A stretch of DNA of 64,000 bases, taken from assembly GCA_905182655.1 (NCBI GenBank), contig CAJJCN010000031.1, positions 9,344 to 73,343 of the forward strand. Direction: 5' to 3'. Both the position numbers and the translations under genes were made by a program. Below the pieces are notes generated by a model. It saw only the letters and a list, made by a program, of their open reading frames with translations. It ran no database searches and was not told where the DNA came from. Shown in pieces: positions 48,718 through 58,980 of this stretch. This stretch comes from Flammeovirgaceae bacterium UBA4465 (GTDB lineage Bacteria; Bacteroidota; Bacteroidia; Cytophagales; Cyclobacteriaceae). The stretch's first letter is position 1, and each line of letters starts with the position of its first letter.

Positions 48718-49743
48718 CTAAAAAATAAACGGCACAGGACATTTTACATCACGAGAACCTCGAGGAGGTTTTTTGACATCTCTTAAATCAAATGAATAAC
48801 TTATTGAGAGCTCGTGAGCACCCCCACTACGAAATCCTAAGTCTGATAAGGTAAAATCATAACTATAACCCACCAGAGTAGGCCCCATTTTAACACCAAA
48901 TAACATGACCATATCGCTCGCCCCAATTCCGGAAAAATCTTCGCTAGGGAAGCCACGGTACCAAAGTCCCAACATAAGCGGCTCTAACATAAGACTCATG
49001 CCGACGTCTAGTTGTGTAAAGTCTTGCTGATCTTTAAAATTAAAAGAAGGGGTAAAACTTCTTTCTTTACCCTCTTTTGAAGCCCATCTGGCGTTGATCT
49101 GACTGAAATTAATTTTATAACCTCCGTGCAATGAAAACTTTATCCTCAAGGGACTCTCATCTCCTGAAATGGATTGATTCGGTTCTGTGATATGATGAAA
49201 AGAGGTACCCAACCAGGCTTGTTTATTGAAAATTATGCCTCCAAAAGCCAAATCCATAAATTCAACACTTAATCCCGTATTAAAAGATTCAATGGTCTGA
49301 GAAGCAATCAATCCCGTATCATCAAATTGATCTCCAAAAGTTAAACGATCAAAGTTTATATCCTTCCAGACGTATCCCACTTCGACGCCTGGCCTAAAAG
49401 TCCAGTTATAGTTTAATCGAACTTGATAAGCATATTGAACGGCTGCACTTCGCGCATAAAGTCCCGCTAAACCTTCTCTATCTGAATTGAGAATCACGCC
49501 CAAACTACTGCTTACATCATCAAAATTATAATAGGTGTAAAAGGAATAACTTTCAAAATTAGCGTTAATCGAAGGCCATTGATTACGATAATTTACACCT
49601 GCACTTCCTTGTTGATTTATGCCAACCAGAGCCGGATTCAAAAACATAGGATTTGAATAGTATTGTGAAAATTGCGTGTCCTGAGCCATCAAAACATTAA
49701 GATGCACTAAAAACAAGAACAGAAACAAAGCTCTTAGCTCCAT
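48718..49743 (-). CDS. Type IX secretion system membrane protein, PorP/SprF family
   Basis: Signal peptide from the ATG at 49743 (MELRALFLFLFLV...MAQ); the track's TTG at 49764 is less likely. The mature N-terminus QDTQFSQYYSNPMFLNPALVG is the family signature. Beta-barrel C-terminus. Confidence 0.85.
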   Translation of the reverse strand: MELRALFLFLFLVHLNVLMAQDTQFSQYYSNPMFLNPALVGINQQGSAGVNYRNQWPSINANFESYSFYTYYNFDDVSSSLGVILNSDREGLAGLYARSAAVQYAYQVRLNYNWTFRPGVEVGYVWKDINFDRLTFGDQFDDTGLIASQTIESFNTGLSVEFMDLAFGGIIFNKQAWLGTSFHHITEPNQSISGDESPLRIKFSLHGGYKINFSQINARWASKEGKERSFTPSFNFKDQQDFTQLDVGMSLMLEPLMLGLWYRGFPSEDFSGIGASDMVMLFGVKMGPTLVGYSYDFTLSDLGFRSGGAHELSISYSFDLRDVKKPPRGSRDVKCPVPFIF

Positions 49744-49865
49744 AAAAGGATTAAAATAGATCAAAAGTTAAAAAAACAATTACTAAAGCATAAATTTGGC
49801 ATTATACTTTGGCACTCTTATTGAACGTTAAATAAACCATAGTATTTTGCCGTAAATTTAAAGAT

Positions 49866-52800
49866 TTGAATCCACAGTTGAACCACTTAATTATTAAATC
49901 CTTCATAAACCTCACCACCATTTATCGGAAAGGTTTCATTTTCACCTGTCTTTTGGTGATTTCAATGGCTTTAAATGCGCAATTATTAAATGAAACACAA
50001 TGGTTTTTTGGCAGTTCTACCGCCAACTTACAATTTGATAAAAATGGCCTTCAAGTATATCAGGAGGATCGTATGAATGCGGATTTTGGGTTGGGAGGTC
50101 CTGCAGTGATTAATCATTCTCTTACAGGAAACTTATTGTTGTACACCGATGGCGTGCGGGTTTACGATGGCTCCGGGGAAATTATGTCGGGCGCTATTGA
50201 TTTAAACGGTGATGCCGCCGTCAATCAAACCGCCTTGGCCTGTCCCTCACCCGATGATGCGGATAGATATATTGTTTTTACCAACGCAAGCGAACTATCC
50301 GCAGAAGATGAATTGCAATATAGTATCGTAGATCTAAGTGCTCAGGGTAATGGGAGTCTTGATGCCCCCTTAGGCGAAGTCGTATCGAATAATAACTCAG
50401 TAGGCCTTTTCAGTCCTGCGGAAGGTATGACGGTCGTACAAAGTGCCACCAATTCAAGCCTCAGCTGGTTGATCGCCCAAAATAGAGGTACCCATGCTTT
50501 TTATGTATACAAAATCACCAATGACGGTGTTGATCCAGAGCCTGTAAGTATTCTTGACCCCTTTACTACTGACATTAGGGAATTTGAAGCAGCCCATATG
50601 TCAATGAATCCAGTTTATTCTATTCTAGCCGTGGCACCCAAAACTGCCTTAAGAAACGTTATGCTCATGAACTTTAATGATACTTCTGGAGTATTAAGCT
50701 TCAATAGTCAAATTTTAAATACAGGTTTTCCTGATGATGCTAAGCAAAATATTTATGATGCTGAATGGTCAAATGATGGGAGCAAATTATATCTTTCTCG
50801 CTATGGTGCTTTCAATGAGCTCTCAGGTGATCTCTACCTATTTGATTTGACCGATAGCTTAAATCTCATCCAATCTATTCTACCGGATCCAGTTTACAGA
50901 AGTTATGGTCTTAAAAGGGCTATTGATGGTAAACTATACCACCTCGTTCAAGAAGAGGAAGCAGGTCCTTATTTGGTTAAGCAAATTAAAAATATTGACG
51001 GTAATTATGATTTTATTGAATACGACAATGATTTTTCAACGACCGATTTTCAAAGTACGCAGTTCCCATCATTTGCACCGGGTACTTTTGAGGAATTCAC
51101 CTCTTTAGATTTTACTTATTTAGATAGTTGTCAAGATCTATCTACTAAATTTTTCCCTTTGGTAGATCCGCCCGCCAATAAATATTTATGGGATTTTGGA
51201 GATGGAAATGGAATCAACAGCATCGCTCCCATTCATGCCTACGAATCTGCGAGTTCATATAATGTCACCCTTTACGTAGAGCTTAATGGTAAAATACAAA
51301 GTATTACTAAGTCTATTAACATCATTGCCGAAGAAATGGAAGTCAATCTAATCTCAGATACTACCATTTGTGATAATGAAATTCTTACCCTTGATCCACA
51401 GGCAGAAGATGGTATTTCATATCAGTGGAATACGGGTGAAACCACCAGCACCATCGATATCGATACCGCAGGTATTTATTGGGTGGAAATAACCGGTGCC
51501 TCAGGCTGTACTAAATATGCAGAATCCTCGGTCACGGAATACGGTGCCCAACGTCAAATTCAAAATAAATGGTATTTCGGAGAGACCGCCGGCATTGAAT
51601 TCACCGATGGTCCCCTACCGATCGATGATGGAAATCAAATGAACTCCTTGGAGGGCTGTGCGACCATCGATGATGTTGATGGGAATTTGGTGTTTTACAC
51701 CAATGGGAAAACCATTTGGAACAGAGCGCATCAGGTCATGCCCTTTCTAACTGACAGTATCCAAAGTCTCTCTGGAGATAGTACAAGTAGCCAAGGTACC
51801 CTGATCATTCCTTTTATGGACGACATCACCATGTTCTATGTATTCACCGCCGGAGAAGTAGATGTGGGTGAAACCCATTTCCCCATGACTTATGCTATTG
51901 TTGATATGAAAAAAGATTCGGCGCGCGGTGCCGTTGTACTAAGTAATTTATCTTTGTTTGACCAAAGTATTGAGAAAATTACTTCTTCGGGGTTTTCTTT
52001 AAATGCCTGGCTGATCACACATGAGTTCGGAAATAATTCCTTCCGAACCAATCTCATCGATGATGAAGGCATCGGAGAAACGGTATATACCCCAATAGGT
52101 AGCGTCTTAGAAGCCCAAACACCTGAACATGCCTCAGGTTACATGACCTTTGGTAGTGGCACTCGATTGTTTGCCAATACCATTCCAGGTCCCAATACAC
52201 TTGAAATATTTGATTTTGATAACCAAACAGGAAATTTTGAAAATGTCAGACAAATCGAAACTGCAGCAACTGATGACCTCTACGGACTAGCTTTTTCTAG
52301 CGATGGATCAAAGATTTACACGTCCTCAGCAAGTGAGTTGATCCAGTTCAATCTGGATAGCTTAGATACTGAAGATGAAATAACTTATATCTCATCAAGT
52401 AAATATGATGATTACAGTTCGGGAGGTGTCTACGGTGCACTCCAGCGTGGACCCAACGGCATCATCTACCTAGCCATTGATCAAGGGGTCGCGGTTGGCA
52501 CCATTTCTAATCCTGCACTAGAAGGATCTGCGGCCAATTTCAATGCTACAGGTTTTGACTTGTTAGGTCATACCAGTAGAAAGGGTCTACCTAGCTTTGT
52601 TCAAAATTCAGGGTCTTCTCTTCAGAACCCCACGGCTTCCTATGTCAATGCCTGTTTTGGACTTTCTACTCAGTTTTATGCATCGGGTAGTTCTACTTTG
52701 GATGAATACTTTTGGGTTTTTTATGATTCATTATCTCAAACCGATACTTTGTATGCTACCAATGAGCAGACTACAGAATATGAATATGGTGCCGCTGGTT

Positions 52801-54176
52801 TTCAGTATTTCACCTTGAATATTACCAATAGATGTGGCTATGACAGCCTGATCACAGATACCTTGGAGGTTTATAGCCTTCCGGTAAACCCAGACATTAC
52901 CGAAAGTGCCTCCATATGCGATGAATTTTTGGAGCTTGCGGCATGGAATGAAGATCGTAGCGACTATAATTATTATTGGTCATCTGGGGATACTGCTCGG
53001 ACCATTGAGATTTTTGATCCTACAACCCTCTACTTGGCCATTATTAATGATGATGGTTGTTCCTCGGATACGCTTGAAATATTTGTTGGTGATGGGCGTC
53101 CAGACCTTGATTTGGGTATAGATCAACAGTATTGTCAGTTTGATACGGCACCCGATTTAAACAGCTACATAAGTGATTTAAATACTCAACAATGGACTAT
53201 TGATGGAATAGCCATGGATACGACCAGTACGCAGTCCATATCAACAGGGCTTTCGGGTATTTTTGAATATACCATTTATGCTAAAGAGGACGAAGCTTTT
53301 GGTGGTTGTAGTAACGCGGATACGATTTTGATATCGGTGAAAGCGGCGCCCGAACTAAATCCGACCTATACCCCACCCTCTAATTGCGGTGCCGCGGATG
53401 CCCTCCTCTCTTTGTTCATTTTATCAGAAGGAAATTATAGATACGATTTTAGCGGTATAGATATCAGCACTTTTGGATCTATCGATGGACCCGATACCCT
53501 ATTCGTTTCCGCTGGGCTCTCTGCTGGGGTTTATAATTATAAAATCACGGACTTGGTCTCTAGCTGTATTATAGAAAATCCAATTATTATCGAAGATGAC
53601 GCTCCCTTCTCATTATCAGCTAATAATCTTCCTGATTGTGATATCGATGCGAACTTAAGTTTGACTGTTTCGGGAGTCGTCCTTCCCTCAGCAGTAAATA
53701 TATATATCAGTGACGTCAACTATGATACAGTATATACAGAGAATAATCTTTATGTTCCTCTCAGTCTTACGCCAGAACTGGACTCAGGATTTTATTATGT
53801 AACCGTCGAAGAAATTGGTGATAGCGGTCCTTGTGTTCAATCCGATACCGTCTTGATCACCCCACTTATTGCAGGAATAAATGACTGTCAACCTGAGATT
53901 TTTGCGCCAAACGCATTCAGCCCGAATGGCAATAGTCAGAATGAAAACTTTTTTGTATATCCCAATCTATTTGTCGATCAATTTGAAATATTCATCTATA
54001 CCCGATGGGGAGAGCAGATCTATTACTCAAATGATAAAAATTTCAGTTGGGACGGTACCTATAATGATCAAATCATGGGCCCAGCAACCTATGCTTATGT
54101 GATTAAATATACCCATGTAGAAAAACCCATTTTAGGAATCCAGACACAATATGGGTCGATCTCTTTGATCAAATGA
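49866..54176 (+). CDS. Large cell-surface protein with PKD/Ig-like repeats and a type-B T9SS (gliding-motility-associated, CHU_C) C-terminal sorting domain
   Basis: 1,436 aa. PKD motif YLWDFGDGNG. The C-terminal ~90 aa (IFAPNAFSPNGNSQNENFFVY...IYTRWGEQIYYS...WDGTY...GPATYAYVIKY) matches the TIGR04131-type CTD. The TTG start is uncertain. Confidence 0.88.
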   Translation: MNPQLNHLIIKSFINLTTIYRKGFIFTCLLVISMALNAQLLNETQWFFGSSTANLQFDKNGLQVYQEDRMNADFGLGGPAVINHSLTGNLLLYTDGVRVYDGSGEIMSGAIDLNGDAAVNQTALACPSPDDADRYIVFTNASELSAEDELQYSIVDLSAQGNGSLDAPLGEVVSNNNSVGLFSPAEGMTVVQSATNSSLSWLIAQNRGTHAFYVYKITNDGVDPEPVSILDPFTTDIREFEAAHMSMNPVYSILAVAPKTALRNVMLMNFNDTSGVLSFNSQILNTGFPDDAKQNIYDAEWSNDGSKLYLSRYGAFNELSGDLYLFDLTDSLNLIQSILPDPVYRSYGLKRAIDGKLYHLVQEEEAGPYLVKQIKNIDGNYDFIEYDNDFSTTDFQSTQFPSFAPGTFEEFTSLDFTYLDSCQDLSTKFFPLVDPPANKYLWDFGDGNGINSIAPIHAYESASSYNVTLYVELNGKIQSITKSINIIAEEMEVNLISDTTICDNEILTLDPQAEDGISYQWNTGETTSTIDIDTAGIYWVEITGASGCTKYAESSVTEYGAQRQIQNKWYFGETAGIEFTDGPLPIDDGNQMNSLEGCATIDDVDGNLVFYTNGKTIWNRAHQVMPFLTDSIQSLSGDSTSSQGTLIIPFMDDITMFYVFTAGEVDVGETHFPMTYAIVDMKKDSARGAVVLSNLSLFDQSIEKITSSGFSLNAWLITHEFGNNSFRTNLIDDEGIGETVYTPIGSVLEAQTPEHASGYMTFGSGTRLFANTIPGPNTLEIFDFDNQTGNFENVRQIETAATDDLYGLAFSSDGSKIYTSSASELIQFNLDSLDTEDEITYISSSKYDDYSSGGVYGALQRGPNGIIYLAIDQGVAVGTISNPALEGSAANFNATGFDLLGHTSRKGLPSFVQNSGSSLQNPTASYVNACFGLSTQFYASGSSTLDEYFWVFYDSLSQTDTLYATNEQTTEYEYGAAGFQYFTLNITNRCGYDSLITDTLEVYSLPVNPDITESASICDEFLELAAWNEDRSDYNYYWSSGDTARTIEIFDPTTLYLAIINDDGCSSDTLEIFVGDGRPDLDLGIDQQYCQFDTAPDLNSYISDLNTQQWTIDGIAMDTTSTQSISTGLSGIFEYTIYAKEDEAFGGCSNADTILISVKAAPELNPTYTPPSNCGAADALLSLFILSEGNYRYDFSGIDISTFGSIDGPDTLFVSAGLSAGVYNYKITDLVSSCIIENPIIIEDDAPFSLSANNLPDCDIDANLSLTVSGVVLPSAVNIYISDVNYDTVYTENNLYVPLSLTPELDSGFYYVTVEEIGDSGPCVQSDTVLITPLIAGINDCQPEIFAPNAFSPNGNSQNENFFVYPNLFVDQFEIFIYTRWGEQIYYSNDKNFSWDGTYNDQIMGPATYAYVIKYTHVEKPILGIQTQYGSISLIK

Positions 54177-54207
54177 AAAACGAGTTTGATAAACGCACGA
54201 AAAAAAC

Positions 54208-54564
54208 ATGAACCTATCTAGAATAAGTTATTTTTTGATGGTCTGCTTTTCAGTCAGCCATCCTTCTTGGACCAAAACACAGGTGCCTACCTCGCTAAAA
54301 ATACAAGTGATGGATACCTCCGAACAACCTGTTGCGGCGGCCGAAGTGGTGCTGTACATCACAGAAGAAAACTATCGCTATCAAAAGAATGCCTTTGCCA
54401 AAGGGGAAACTGACAAAAATGGAAGGGTTACCTTTAGGAGATTAAAACCTGTCCCTTATTTCATAGATGCCCGAAATGAGTTGAAAAAAAATGACGGACT
54501 AGCGGCCATGACCGATTCACTTCAAAAAAATAAAATAAACAAAGTCGTAGTATTGATTGAATAA
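54208..54564 (+). CDS. Small secreted carboxypeptidase-regulatory-like (Ig/transthyretin-like) domain protein
   Basis: 118 aa. Signal peptide, then IQVMDTSEQPVAAAEVVLY...TDKNGRVTF, typical of CarboxypepD_reg-like folds. Confidence 0.6.
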   Translation: MNLSRISYFLMVCFSVSHPSWTKTQVPTSLKIQVMDTSEQPVAAAEVVLYITEENYRYQKNAFAKGETDKNGRVTFRRLKPVPYFIDARNELKKNDGLAAMTDSLQKNKINKVVVLIE

Positions 54565-54565
54565 A

Positions 54566-54733
54566 CTATTTCTTTAGGGTGATGATTACCATCGCATAGG
54601 CGGCAATCAAGACCCAAAAAGCACCATTATTAGAAAAAATATCTAAGTGAATGACTTCTAATTTTTCCAAAACAACTACCAAAACTAACAATATTGAGGT
54701 CAGTCTTATTAAATTTTTCTTCCTTTGATCCAT
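54566..54733 (-). CDS. Candidate 55-aa two-TM small membrane protein (below the ORF-track cutoff)
   Basis: Manual minus-strand translation gives MDQRKKNLIRLTSILLVLVVVLEKLEVIHLDIFSNNGAFWVLIAAYAMVIITLKK*. It has an ATG start and fills an otherwise empty 222-nt gap. Confidence 0.4.
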   Translation of the reverse strand: MDQRKKNLIRLTSILLVLVVVLEKLEVIHLDIFSNNGAFWVLIAAYAMVIITLKK

Positions 54734-54786
54734 GTTTCCTTATCTCAATGTAAATATATCAGAAAAATTATATTCTACTAAAATCA

Positions 54787-55734
54787 ATGGCTGAAATTGG
54801 TACTCAAATCTGGAAAGCATCCCGACTTTTAGAAAATAACGAACTGGTAGCCATTCCAACAGAAACGGTATATGGCTTGGCAGGTAATGCACTGGAGCCC
54901 CTCGCTATAGCAAAAATATATACAGCAAAGGATCGCCCGAGTTTTGATCCGCTGATCACCCATGTAACCAATATCGATGACGCCTCAGCGCTGGTCCATG
55001 CATTTCCCGCACTCGCCCAAAAGTTAGCAGAGCAATTTTGGCCGGGTCCCTTGACTTTATTATTACCCAAACGAGAAAATATCCCTGATCTACTCACCTC
55101 AGGTTTGGATAAAATGGCAATCAGAGTCCCTGATCATCCTATTACCTTAAATTTATTGAAGAATATAAGTTTCCCGTTGGCCGCACCAAGTGCCAATCCA
55201 TTTGGCTATGTTTCCCCTACTACTGCCGCGCATGTAGACCAACAGTTAGGGTCTAAAATTCCCTATATTCTTGACGGGGGACCGGCCCATATCGGTTTGG
55301 AGTCCACCATTGTATCGATTGAAGAGGACGTAATTTGCGTACATCGACTAGGAGGACTAGATATAGAAATGCTCAGAACGTTTGGCGAAGTAAACGTGCT
55401 ACGCCATACAAAAAGTAATCCTAATGCACCCGGACAGCTCGACAGCCATTATGCTCCCAGAAAAAAAATCATCATAGGTGATTTAGAGCTACTCCTTTTA
55501 AGGTATTCAGATATGAAAACCGGTATTCTCTCTTTTTCCAAAACCTATCTGCATCCCAATAAAAGCATCGCTTTATCTCCCGATGGGGATGTAAATGAAG
55601 CTGCGGAACATCTTTTCAGTGCCTTGAGAACCTTAGATGCTGAAGATATCGACCTGATTTTAGGTGAATATGTACCTCAAAAAGGCATTGGAAGGGCCAT
55701 AAATGATCGTTTAAAGCGTGCTTCCTTTATTTAG
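54787..55734 (+). CDS. tsaC: L-threonylcarbamoyladenylate synthase (YrdC plus Sua5 domains)
   Basis: 315 aa. Motifs PTETVYGLAGNA, KDRPSFDPLI and SANPFG, plus a Sua5 C-terminal domain. Confidence 0.9.
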   Translation: MAEIGTQIWKASRLLENNELVAIPTETVYGLAGNALEPLAIAKIYTAKDRPSFDPLITHVTNIDDASALVHAFPALAQKLAEQFWPGPLTLLLPKRENIPDLLTSGLDKMAIRVPDHPITLNLLKNISFPLAAPSANPFGYVSPTTAAHVDQQLGSKIPYILDGGPAHIGLESTIVSIEEDVICVHRLGGLDIEMLRTFGEVNVLRHTKSNPNAPGQLDSHYAPRKKIIIGDLELLLLRYSDMKTGILSFSKTYLHPNKSIALSPDGDVNEAAEHLFSALRTLDAEDIDLILGEYVPQKGIGRAINDRLKRASFI

Positions 55735-55798
55735 TAATAATTAATTTTAATTTGAAGAAATTAGATACAATTTTGTGGTCGAAAAATATTCAGTGGAT

Positions 55799-56986
55799 AT
55801 GAAAAATATAGATGATTTTAATTTCAGAAACCGAAAAGCCTTATTAAGAGTTGATTTTAATGTACCGTTGAATAACGAACTAATAGTCACTGATGAAACT
55901 CGGATTATTGCTGCCATCCCCACCATTAAAAAAATCATAAACGAAGGAGGTTCTGTCATCCTAATGAGCCATTTGGGTCGACCAAAAAAAGGTCCAGAGG
56001 ACAAATATTCTCTAAAGCACATTATCCCTAATCTTCAAGAAAAATTGAGTACTGAAATAAAATTTGCCAGCGACTGCATTGGAGCATCAGCTTTAGAGCT
56101 ATCAAAATCACTGGGAACAGGAGAAGTAATGCTCCTGGAAAATGTCCGATTCTATCCAGAAGAAACTAAAGGAGATGAGATTTTTGCATCAAAACTAGCA
56201 AAACTAGGTGATATTTATGTCAATGATGCTTTTGGTACTGCCCACAGGGCACATGCTTCAACAACCATTGTGGCCCAATTTTTTAAGGACAAATGTGCTG
56301 GGTATATCATGGGTAGCGAATTGGCTAATGCTAAGAAGGTACTCGAAAATCCAACCCGTCCTTTTACGGCCATCATGGGCGGAGCTAAAATTTCAGATAA
56401 AATAATGATCATTGAAAAGCTTCTGGATAAAGTAGACCATCTCATCATTGGTGGTGGCATGTCATATACCTTTTCAAAAGCACAAGGGGGAGCCATCGGA
56501 AAATCTTTATGTGAAAACAATCGTATGGCATTGACCCTTGAACTGATTAAAAAAGCTAAGGCCAAAGGAGTAAAACTCTACCTTCCTCTTGACAATGTAA
56601 TTGCTGATAATTTCAGTAATGAGGCCAATCGTCAGATCGTCCCCTCTGGAGAAATTCCGGACGATTGGGAGGGACTGGATATCGGCCCTCAAAGTATCAA
56701 TGATTTCGAAAATGTAATCAAAAACTCCAAAACTATTCTTTGGAATGGCCCCATGGGTGTTTTTGAATTCCCTAATTTTGCCCGTGGTACCGAAGCCGTA
56801 GCAGAGGCCGTAGTGACCGCAACTCAAAATGGCGGGTTCTCGCTCATTGGAGGTGGAGATTCTGCAGCCGCCATTAATAATCTAGGTTACGGTGATAAAG
56901 TATCCTATGTTTCAACGGGTGGAGGGGCTTTATTGGAATATATGGAGGGGAAAACATTGCCCGGCGTGGCTATTTTAGAAGATTGA
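55799..56986 (+). CDS. pgk: Phosphoglycerate kinase
   Basis: Motifs RVDFNVPL, SHLGRPKG-like (SHLGRPKKG) and GGGDSAAA. The ATG at 55799 is preferred over the track's GTG at 55775. Confidence 0.97.
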   Translation: MKNIDDFNFRNRKALLRVDFNVPLNNELIVTDETRIIAAIPTIKKIINEGGSVILMSHLGRPKKGPEDKYSLKHIIPNLQEKLSTEIKFASDCIGASALELSKSLGTGEVMLLENVRFYPEETKGDEIFASKLAKLGDIYVNDAFGTAHRAHASTTIVAQFFKDKCAGYIMGSELANAKKVLENPTRPFTAIMGGAKISDKIMIIEKLLDKVDHLIIGGGMSYTFSKAQGGAIGKSLCENNRMALTLELIKKAKAKGVKLYLPLDNVIADNFSNEANRQIVPSGEIPDDWEGLDIGPQSINDFENVIKNSKTILWNGPMGVFEFPNFARGTEAVAEAVVTATQNGGFSLIGGGDSAAAINNLGYGDKVSYVSTGGGALLEYMEGKTLPGVAILED

Positions 56987-57013
56987 TGACACTCAATAAT
57001 TTTTACCTCTAGG

Positions 57014-58918
57014 TCATCGCTTTTTGATAACCGCATCACTTTCAAAATAAATTTTATTTTCATCTACCAGACTACGTAAGGCATTGATTAGGTCTTCTCG
57101 GTCATGAAGTTTAAAAAGGGCTGCTAAGGCATCCATCTCGATCCCTTGAGAAGGAATCGATTGAATAACTTCAAGAGGATTCAAATCTAGGGGGTTCTTT
57201 TTTTTAGAAAGGCAATAATCACAGATACCACAGCCTATATCGGTCTGCTCACCAAAATAATCTTGTAGCATTCTGGTTCTGCAAATATGACCTGTATTGA
57301 CATAATGAAGTACCTGGTGAAATTTATCGACGGCCTGCTGATTTCTTTCCTGCAAATCAACCGAATGAATCGGTAAGGATCCTAAGTCCAATCTTCCTTC
57401 TATAAATTCAATTTGTGGCTTAAAGGTGGTCATTCGATAGTCGATGACTTGATAGTCATGCAACAGGCTCAACTGCTCTTTTACTTTTTTTAAGTTGATT
57501 TTTAAAACGCCTGCGATATCTACCTCATTGATCATGATATAACTCGTATAAAGCTCACCACCATACAGCCTAAAAAGGACTTTAATCAAGGGATCAAGAA
57601 GGGCATGGGCTACCTGAAACTGATAAAGTGCCTCTCGCTGCATCAGCATGGAAACCTTGGACTTTTGAAAAAAATTTTCTGTCAGCTGAATAAGTCCAGC
57701 GTTTTCTAGCTTCTTGAGGGCAAATACCGTTGGATAAGCAGGTAAATCAAAATCATTGATGAAATCAAGATAAACAAAATCAAAACTCAAGCCTGCCCCA
57801 CTTCCAATCGCCATCTTATACCTATTTGATAGGGCTTGATAGACGCGCTTGATAAATTTGATGTCTACTGCAGCACGTGAGATACGCTTCTCTGCCTCAA
57901 TTATATCTTGGTCATGAAAAAAGAGTACTGCATAAGCCTTCAAACCATCTCGCCCCGCTCTTCCCGCCTCTTGATAATAGGCCTCCAAGGTTTGTGGTAA
58001 ATCTAAATGCAACACCGTCCGCACATCGGGTTTATTAATGCCCATACCAAAAGCGTTGGTGGCTACCATGACTCTTAATTTAGATTGAATCCATGCGGCT
58101 TGTCTTTGATTTCGTTCATCAAAGGATAAGCCTGCATGATAAAACTGAGCAGAAATACCCTTTTGATTTAAATCTCTAGCTACCTGCTCCGCTCTCTTTC
58201 GACTGCCTACATATACAATAGAAGATCCAGCTACTTTAGTGAGAACATCATATACCTTTTGAAATTTATTTTCTCCTTTAAACACAACATAGGAAAGATT
58301 TGCTCGTGAGTAACTGTTCTGAAATACTTTAGGATCCGCTAAGTCTAGCTGCTTGATGATGTCTTTTTTTACCTCCTTAGTTGCAGAAGCCGTCAACGCA
58401 ATAAGCTTCTTCATTGGAAATAATTGGGTGAAATCTTTGATTTTTAGATAATAAGGTCTGAAATCATGCCCCCATTGAGAAATACAATGGGCTTCATCTA
58501 TGACGAATAAGGCAATGACCATTTTTTCTGCTCTGGCTAAAAAAAGTTCTGAAGTTAATCTTTCAGGAGAGAGATAAAGAAATTTAATACCTCCATAAAT
58601 ACAATTATCTAAGATGATATCAATTTCTCTAGTTGACAAGCCCCCATGGATGGCAACTGCCTTTATATTTCTCTTTTTTAATTCATTCACCTGATCAATC
58701 ATCAAAGCGATCAATGGAGTGACAACTAGGGTAACTCCGTCAAGTAACAACCCAGGAATTTGAAAACAAATTGACTTTCCCCCTCCAGTAGGCAATAATG
58801 CAAGGGTATTTTGACCTTTTAGGACGGACTCGATAATTTCAAGTTGAGATTCCCTAAAATGATCAAACCCCCAATAGGTACCTAATATATCTTTCGGCTC
58901 AGTCAAACTTATTTGCAT
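57014..58918 (-). CDS. recQ: RecQ-family ATP-dependent DNA helicase
   Basis: Motifs LPTGGGKS and DEAHCISQWGHDFRP, plus an RQC zinc-binding Cys cluster (CRTRML...CGICDYC). The ATG at 58918 is preferred over the TTG at 58924. Confidence 0.92.
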   Translation of the reverse strand: MQISLTEPKDILGTYWGFDHFRESQLEIIESVLKGQNTLALLPTGGGKSICFQIPGLLLDGVTLVVTPLIALMIDQVNELKKRNIKAVAIHGGLSTREIDIILDNCIYGGIKFLYLSPERLTSELFLARAEKMVIALFVIDEAHCISQWGHDFRPYYLKIKDFTQLFPMKKLIALTASATKEVKKDIIKQLDLADPKVFQNSYSRANLSYVVFKGENKFQKVYDVLTKVAGSSIVYVGSRKRAEQVARDLNQKGISAQFYHAGLSFDERNQRQAAWIQSKLRVMVATNAFGMGINKPDVRTVLHLDLPQTLEAYYQEAGRAGRDGLKAYAVLFFHDQDIIEAEKRISRAAVDIKFIKRVYQALSNRYKMAIGSGAGLSFDFVYLDFINDFDLPAYPTVFALKKLENAGLIQLTENFFQKSKVSMLMQREALYQFQVAHALLDPLIKVLFRLYGGELYTSYIMINEVDIAGVLKINLKKVKEQLSLLHDYQVIDYRMTTFKPQIEFIEGRLDLGSLPIHSVDLQERNQQAVDKFHQVLHYVNTGHICRTRMLQDYFGEQTDIGCGICDYCLSKKKNPLDLNPLEVIQSIPSQGIEMDALAALFKLHDREDLINALRSLVDENKIYFESDAVIKKR

Positions 58919-58980
58919 TAACAAAATTCATGTTAGGAGCTCTTTGTGAAAATATTAAACAATGATATTAGCTCCCGTGA

